Source: a virus
UHGV virus genome: UHGV-0228215
DNA: 55,667 nt
Direction: 5' to 3' (one strand)
Within the stretch, counting starts at the first letter, position 1. The number at the start of each line of letters is the position of its first letter. This document shows, piece by piece, positions 20,101 to 29,100 of this stretch. The position numbers were made by a program, and so were the translations under genes. Below the pieces are notes generated by a model. That model was not told where the DNA came from and made no database searches. It was given only the letters and a program-made list of their open reading frames with translations.

Positions 20101-23100
20101 TGACCAACCCCTGAGATCATCACAAGTGATAGTGTAGCCTTGTGCCCATCAAGAGAGATTGGGACGTCCACATTAACCGGATTGTCAGAGGGTCTGCGCA
20201 TAAGCTTGTCGGCGATCTTAGTCGTACCTTTAGACTTAGCTCTCAGTAGCTTCATCGCCTCCTCTACATTTGGTGCGGACACTCCGTCAATCTTGATATT
20301 GTGTACACGTCTATCCGGGAACACCTCATCCAAGCGTGACACAAAAGACTTTATCTTCTTTATGTAGTCTTTTGTCTTCTTGATGTCCTCCGCGTGGATC
20401 TTTACCTGGCTGTTGAAGTAGACTTGGTCTCTCCCCCAAGTGGTCTTCTTGTTCCTCAGCCGCTTCAATTTGCGCTCCTCGGACATCTTAGCCATAGCAC
20501 TCTCTACACCGGACAACTGAGCAACGGGGTTATCAAAAATCCCCTCCTCCTCTTGTTCGATCGTGCGTGAGCTGAGAGGATCATTCAGTATCTCCCCTCC
20601 GTTCATTATGCTGTCAATGAATGCTGCCTTAGTCTTCAGCCGCTGGTAAGAAGTAACGTCAAGGGTATCTTTCACTCCAAAACGAAGGATCCTGACGGTC
20701 TTTCCCCAATCTTTGTGAAGGTTCCCCTGCCGAAGTATTCGCCCATTACGCTGCATATAATCCATAGGACGCTGAGGGGCATCAAGGTGGATAAGCGTAT
20801 GGAGCCGACGTTGGATATTTACCCCTACGCCAAGTGTAGGGGTTGTTCCCATAATGATGCGTATAGCCCCGCTATTTACCTTGTCAAAGATCGCCTGCTT
20901 CTTCTTATCGGTCATCCCGGGACGCATTATCTCTATCTGGTCTTCTGGGATACCCTTTGCGACAAGCTTCGCTTTTATATCCTCAAAGACATTGAAGCCT
21001 GAGACCTTGTTCTGGTACTTGTCACAGAAGAGAGCCGCTGTTCCCTTGTATGATTTGGTCTCACTATAGGTGCGATACAGCTCGTCTACAGCCTTGTTCA
21101 GCTTGCTGTGTGGGTCATCAATGTTTTGATTTATCACAAGCCGCACGTCAATAGCAGCCGCACTTGCTTTACCAAACATCTGGAGCGGTATATAGGATTT
21201 TTCCCTCTTCTCGCTACCGGACATATTCTCAAACTTCTCCAATTCGCTCCTTACGTAGTTCATATATTGGTGAAGGATAGGAGTCTGGTCTAAGAATACA
21301 TCTTGATCCTGCCCCATCTCTATCTCGGGGATTTGGTCATTTACTTGTCCGACTTCTTTCGTGAGTACCGTGTCGCTTACGCTGGACCATATACGGATGA
21401 GCTCGGGGAGACCATCATATCCGGCGAAGCGAGTGTTGGCTTTGAATTTCCCACTTGTCGTGAATTCTAACATCGTCTGGATCTTCCCGAAGTTGTTCAC
21501 GAAGTCATCAAAGTAGTAGATACCCAAACGGCGCATATCCGCTTCGCTCATCAGGTATTTCATAAATACCCAGAGTTCCGATGCGGTATTGCTGATTGGA
21601 GTTCCTGTCGCCATCACGACATTTCTTCCTCCATTCTTCTCTTTGATAGTCTCTATCTTTATCTGGACATTCTCTGCCTTCTTGCTTGATGTCCCTGTCA
21701 CGCCCTTTATCTCTCGTCCGAGTGCGGTGGAGAAATTTAGGTTCTTATAGTTGTGCGCCTCATCGATTAACAGAGCGTCAATGCCGAGGTCCTCAAAGTA
21801 CTGCTCCTCGTCGACCGCCTTGTCAAGCAACTTGTCTATTTGTGCAGAAACATTAGAGATCTTCTTTTGTTTCGACTTCTCTGACATCCTCTTCACCTTC
21901 GCAAGAGCCATATCGCTCTTTTGATCCGATACCTGACGTCTGAGTTGTCTGATCTTTTGCGAGATACTGTTGTTCTCCAAGTTGTCCTCTGATTGCTGGT
22001 CTTCAAGGACGGATATAACGTGTTCTATCTCGTCAATCCGCTTCAACTTGTATGCCTCCTCCCTTGCAGGACTATTTGCGATGAGCTCAAATGTGCTTTG
22101 AGGGACTATAACCATATCCCAGTCCGCATACTTTATCTTCCCATAGAAGCGCATACGTCCTGACTTTCCTCTATCAGTATCATCAAGGGCTAATATCTTT
22201 GCTGCAGGATACAGCTTCTTGGCACTGCTCGCAAACTGCCCAATGGTGGCGTTTTGCACGACAATCATTGGTTTTTTTGCGATCCCCAATCGGCGCATTT
22301 CCATTGCGGACGATATTAGGGTGAAGGTCTTACCCGTCCCCACTTCGTGCGCAAGCATTACGCTCTGATTCATCGTCTTCAAGACGGCTCTCTTCTGATG
22401 AGGATATAGCGATATGCCATTAGCACTTCCCTCGAATAATGAGGGAAGCATATTGTCAGGTATCCTTGGCGTGACGTAAGAGTTAAAGGTATTGTTGTAC
22501 ACCTCCTCTATCTCCTTTGCGACTTCCTGTTTTTCTTGCAGATAGTCAGACACCCACGACACATAGTCTTCACGAAGATCCTCTATCTTCTGACGTGCAA
22601 GGTCGGTTGCTTCTTTGTCTCGGACGGTCTCCCGATCCCCGTATTCGTTCTTATAGGAATAGGAGAAGTCTGGTCGGCCATTGTTTAGGGCGTAAACAAC
22701 AAGTTCAGAGAATGACACCGTCTTGTGTACGACAGAGCTACGGACACCCATATCAGCGTCTTTATTAGCTATGTCCATACGCTCTTGCCAGCTCAATTCG
22801 GACATAGGAGATATGGTCATCGTCCATATGTCTCCTGTGTGATTGAAGGTCGCCTCTCGCCCAGTCTTTTCCTTTAGATAATCGTCAAGAAGCTTTGTTG
22901 GAGCCCACGTACTGCCAAGTTTTAGGGGGACTAAGTGAGCCGGTATAGAAGGTGGCACGACTGCCCTAAGCGCTTTCAGATTGCTCTCAAAGCGCTCACC
23001 ACCGTCTCTACTTAGTGCCTCCTCGGCTATCTTGATCTTCTGTCGTATATCTCCACTTTGATAGAGGTAGGAGACAATGAGCTCTCCCCCATCAGGGTCT

Positions 23101-26100
23101 TCGTAAACTAATCCCTCAGTGAGGAGCTGACGCCTTGTCGTCTCTTTCTCCATACCAAGGCTCTCAGCTATGAAGTCTACGTCTACAGAGCCATTCTTAT
23201 AGAGACTGACCTGGATCCCATCCGTTAGATTGCTGATCTTGTACTTCTTCGGACCGGCGATCTGGCGAGACCTAAATATCTCAGTCTTTTCGTAGCGCTT
23301 GATCGGACGACCATTCTTGTCGTCCTTATCCGTTAGTGTCACATCCTCCAGCGCGGCTACGGAAGCGAATTCGCTATCGTTGTTCTTGATGAAGCTAATT
23401 CCTAAGTTGTCGTTTAGGTAGCCATACTTCCCAACGAAAGTATCATAAGCCGTGTTCAACGCACGGATAAAAGTCTCTATCCCCTCATCGGTGGTATTTT
23501 CCAGCTGGTATCGTATGAGGTTGTCCAGAGCGGACTTTAGTTCCACGTAGTCACGCACTGCCTCCTGCTTGGTATACCCCCGTACCTTATTCTCATTAAT
23601 CCCCTCAAGAGGAACGGCAAGTCCCTTGTCACTACAGCAGATACGACCAGAAGAATCAATTAAGATACTCCCCTGTATCTTATCTGTCGAGTCGTAGTCA
23701 GCCGAGGTTTCCTGCTGGCGTATCGCCGGCTCCTGCTTTATTGAGCCAAGAGAAGAGACCCAAGAAGACAACGCTCTATCTTGATCAACAGACTGAGTCG
23801 GGTAGACACCAATCGCCATTGGTCTATAGGAGGTATCGCCCTGATCAAACCCAATAGATGGCTCTCCACCCATAAACTCAGGGTGATTAACGAAGTAAGT
23901 ATTGATCGTGATGGGAGTGTGTGTATCACTATCATAGGTGCCTGCAGACATTTTATAGATAGAGGTTCCGCTCACGTCTATAGCGTGAGGGTCTATCTTG
24001 CCATTTACACGCTTTCTTATGATGATGATGTCGCTCGTGACCTTTGTGCCTCCAAAGGTTTCGTTATTCAAACGAAAAGCCCCAATCACATCTGCAGAGC
24101 CACTTGTGGAGAGCCAATTCTTTAGCGTTGAGCTCTTGTCTAATGTATTTGACGAGGTGATGAAGACACCGAGACCGCCGGGTCTGAGTGCTCTCACGTT
24201 CTTTGCTATAACAAAGTCGTGGAGGTCGCGGAATAGTCCACTGAGATCCTTATTCTCCCTATCGTAGACATTCAGTCCGGAAACAAAGGGAACATTAGTG
24301 ATTGCGAGATCTATGCTTCCGGGAGCGATTGATACATTCTGAAAGCCTGAGACATCGACTTTAGCATCAGGATAGAGCATATCAAGGATATTTCCTGACA
24401 GATCGTCTATCTCCACGGCGTGAATTGTGGATACCCTGTTTACATCATCCGGGATCGCTGCAAGTATGTTTCCTATGCCGGCACTGCTTTCCAGTATCTT
24501 TCCTCCTCTGAATCCTAACTTGCGTGCCGCTGCCCACAGACTGTTGATTATGGGGAATGGCGTGTAGTAGGCAGAGTTTACCGACATGGCTGCGCTATCA
24601 AAGCCGTCTTTTCCCAGCTTATCAATTAGCGTCTCCCGATATGCCCCTACGTTGAAGTACTGTCCGAGACCACCCCAACCACTATAGGATGCCAATACTT
24701 TCTGCTCCTCTTTCGTCGGCGTGCGTCCTTCTTCGGAGAGCTTCTTGTATAAGTCTATGGCATTGATGTTTGCCTTATATCGTGCAGCAGGGGTCGTCGG
24801 CTGTTCGCCTTCCGTTACACGATAGTTATTTTGATTCTTCGGGTGCAGAGCTTCACCCACCGGCAGAGCACTACCGGTGTCGTCTTCTCTCTTGCGGTCT
24901 TGGATGGGCTTCTGCCTCTCGTTGACCGACGACTCTTCCCTCCCTGAGGAGTGTCGCTCTTTGGGATTGGGGGAAGAGGTCTTTTCTACCTGCTCATTAT
25001 CAAATAATTCAAGTAGTCCTCTGCCTCCTGTCTGGTCATAGCTCCGATTTCCATCATTGCTTCGATCCACTCGTTTCGGCTCAGCTCTTTGAGCTTCTTC
25101 CCGTGCTTCTCCTCCCACTGAGCGGTTCTGCGGGCTCTCTCTTCGGCTATTGACGTTTCCATATGAATTCTTTTCTACCGTGGTTTGAGCGAAGTCTCCT
25201 ATTGACACTTGCCCTGATGACACTAAAGGTACCACTTTATTGATTTCTCCAAAAAGCGAGGGTTTGAGCGTCTTCTTTGGTGCCTGCTTCGCTTCTTGCG
25301 TTTGGGGAGATCCTTCGGTCTCGCTCTTCTTTGTGGTGCTCTCTTGTGTGTCATTCGTGAAGAGACTCGCCTTCTTCACAGTGCTTTGTCCTTCAAGGGT
25401 CCTCGGGGTCCCATCCGCATTAAACAGCCCTTGGCGCACTCCTCGTGGATCGGTCTCCCCAAATAAGCTAGGACCATTAAATGCAGTATTTGCCCTCTTG
25501 AAGCGGATGGTCGGCTCTTCAGAGCCTGTGGTTGCAGACTCATCAAGGAGCAGTTTCCCGGGGTCGTAGGATTTCTCCACCCCTTTCAGTAACTTTGCAA
25601 CAGCAAGCCGTTCAGTTGAAGTGTGCTTGTTAGTGGAGCTGGTTAGTGCATCGCTCGTGGAAGAGCCACTTATAACCAGCTCCATGTTTGTTACCATATA
25701 GTCATACGCCCTGTCGTCTGCGTTGTATCTTTCGTGCAGAGTCGTCTTTACTCTGTATAATTGCCCATCTATCTCGATCGCACCATACAGACGATGTACA
25801 AGCATATTAGGGTTGTTCACCCCATTGTCTGCTGATCTCTGACCATTTACCTTCCCATAGTCGGGATGTGTTTCTGCGAGAATACTCCGATTGATTACAC
25901 GAGGTAGTACTTTTAGTGTTGCCAAGTGAACCCCCAGATTATCACTTCCTGTTGTAGAAGACTCAGATAAGTATTTTTCAATACTCGTGCCGTCTATCAG
26001 GTACTTAAATCCATCCGACATATGCTTATGGTACCAGTGATCCTTCACTATTCGACCCTGAGCCCACACCATCGCTTTTTCAATAGCCTGTAGTCCGGTG

Positions 26101-29100
26101 CCGGTAAAAGAGTGTCTCTCTACGTGTGTTACTTTCACGCTTGACTGATTAAGATCAGGAGCCACCAATCCCTTTTGCTCAATGGCAGCGTCTCTTAGTC
26201 GCGCAAAGTCAGCCGCACTCCTGTTGCTCCTAAAGCGCACCTCTGCTCTCTCTGGAGAAACCTCAGTAGCCACCTCCTGCTGTCGCTCTGCACGCTTCTG
26301 TAGGTTCTCTGCTGAGCGTCTGAGGAGGTCGTCAGCCATCATCTCTGCCGACTGATCGATCTGCTTCCCGGAGAGACCGAAGACCTTACGGAAGAAGTCC
26401 TTGATAGACTCCCATACCGTCTTCTTCGTGATGCCGCTCTCCGCACGGTGAGCGATCCACTCATCCATGGCAATGCGCACCTGCACTCTGTCCGCAAGGT
26501 CCTGAGAGCCGTCGCAGTACTCCTTCATCGCACGAAGCACCTCCTCTTCGCCAAGCTTGCTGGCTATACCATCCAGCACCTGGTTGTATCCTACTTCGCC
26601 GAGCAACTCCCTACAGCCATAGTGACCTACCGCCTCGTGCAGGAAAGTCGCCCTCACGTCATCCGCGTCGACATTAGCCGGCAGGTAGATGTGGACGGCA
26701 TTATCGCCCTTGTAGAACCACCCCTTGACTGAGTGCGTCTCGTCGAAGCCCGCACGTACCTCATCGGGCAGGGTGGACATATTCTCGTGGGGATTCGTCG
26801 GTACGCCAAGCGTCCGAGCCATATCCATGGCGGCGGCGTACTTGCGCCTCTCTTCAGTGATCCGATCCGCCAGAGCGTCCCGCCGTGAACGGAAGTCCTC
26901 CGCCACGTCTCTCCGGAAGCGATAGTGCTTCTCACGACCTGACGGCACCTCATAGACACGTCCATAGACCGCCTCTGCCGCTCCTGCCTTGGTGTCGGTG
27001 GGCTGAGAGGTGGGTATGAGGGACTGTGTCTTGGCACCCGTCTCATTCGCTCCCACAAGGTCATAGTACTTATTGAGTGCGCCGGCTATCTGCTCCTCCG
27101 TCTGCGTCTGCATGGAGGCGGCAAGGAGCTTTGCCAGCGAGGATGCCTCCCCGAGGTTTGTCTCCAGCTCGCTACGACCAAAGAGACTAACCTTGCCGAG
27201 GATGAAGATCTTCGCACTCTCAAAGTTCGTCAGTCCCGCAAAGTCCGGATCCTGTCTTAGGCTGTCCCATACAAGGAGGGCATCCCCGAGATCGGGCGCA
27301 AGGCTCGTCTCAAAGGATGCCTGACTATCCCTGTAGAGGAACGTCGCCAGACCGTTGCGAGCCGAGGCGGGCAGGCGGTAGAAGATATCCATCGCCCGTG
27401 GTCCGATCACGTCCGCCAGCTGATAGAGGGCTACGTCCTTTAGTGCCGTCTTAGCCTCTGCCGTCACGACACGCTTGCCCTCGCTGTTGGTCTCGAAGGC
27501 ATTCTTATACTGGGTGTCGGTGATGTAGCCGTTCTCGAGGAGGAATTTCTGTCCCTCCTCCGCATTGCGGTTGAGCATGTTGTCCATCTTCGCACTCAGC
27601 TCCGCCCCGTTTGCTCCCGTGCGGTTGAATATGCGGTTGAAGAATGAGACCAGCATGGACTGACCGCTCTGAGGGTCGGTGTCGCTATTCAGCTCCTCGC
27701 CTACCGTCTGAGCGTTCATCGTGTCCGCCCCTGCGCTCTCCAAGTCTGTCTGCCCTCGGTGCCCGAGGCGAATGGCTTCGCTGTCCGACACCTCCGCCAC
27801 GTCTACCGCCACGGGGTGCGCCATAGCGTCTACCTGCTCCGCTGTCATCCCGTACTCCGAGGCGTGAGTCTTCAGGTACTCCTTGTAGAGCTCTGCGCTC
27901 TTGGCGTGCCGCTCCTCCCCGTCATACATCGTCTGGAGGGCGTCCGTGCGGTTGTTGCCCTGTATCACCTCTCCGCGACCATTGACGACCGGTGCGCCGG
28001 TATAGGCGGTGATGCCTCCCGTGATCTCGTCCGGGCGAATGTTGCTCGCTATGCGGTCTGCCGCCGTGGAGCTGAGCCCGTTGTCCGCCCTGTCCTTCGG
28101 CTGCGCCTCGGGGATGAAGTGCCTCGGGTTCATCCGTCCCTCCTTATGGCTCGCCTGTAGGCTGTCCGCCTCCACGATCGTCCGTTTCACCGGGATGCGC
28201 GTCTCCCCGGGACGTTGGCTGAAGGCTCGCTCTGCGTCTGCGTAATGCTCTACCGTCATAGGCTCCTGACGGTACACTACTGCTCCATTCACAAGTCGTG
28301 CGCCACGGGCTCGCGCCTGTCGTGGCGGATCCTCCGTATACTCTCGCACGGTAGAGCCCTCGGCGTTGCGCTCCAGCTCCTCACGCTCCCTCCTGCGCCG
28401 CTCATTCTCTAATCGGATCCGCTCCTCCCGCTCCTTTTTCTCCTGAGCCAGCTGCCGTTTCTCCTCTTCGCGCCTCTGTCGCTCTTCCGGGGTAAGTGCT
28501 TCCTCCTCTGAACGTTTCTGTGCTTCCAGTTCCTGACGTGCCTGCTCCTCGGCGGCGCGGACATAGTCATCGTAGAGACGGTATTCCTCGGATGCTTTGC
28601 GGAGAGCCATCCGCTTCTCCAAGTTGCCGAGGTCACTCTTCACCTCTGCCTCCAGCTTCGACCTTTCCGCACCGACCTTAGACCGTCTCTGCCGTGCCGC
28701 CTCGACGGCTCCGCTCTTCCCGAGAGCCGCTTCGTTTACGCTCAGAGTCTGCTCTGGTGTGAGAGCCTTCAGGTCAAGTGCGCCACTCTTGGACAGCGGC
28801 AGGGACGCGACGAAGTCCTCTCCGTACAGCTGACCGAGATAGCGGATGAAGTCATCCGGTCGCTCGCTCATCAGCTTAAGCCCGTCCACCTCGCCCTCTC
28901 TCGTCCGCGGGAGGGACTGCATAAAGTCGTCCGTGGTGTCGCCTGCGTCCTCTGGGGCATTCTGTGGCGCCTGCTCCTGTGATAACTGCTCCTCTGCCGC
29001 CTGCACCTCGGAGCGAAAGGCTGTCTCCGCCTCGTCCAGCGAAGCTTGCACCATGTCGAGGTAGTCCTCTGCCACTAACTGTGGCGAGGAGAGGTCGTCC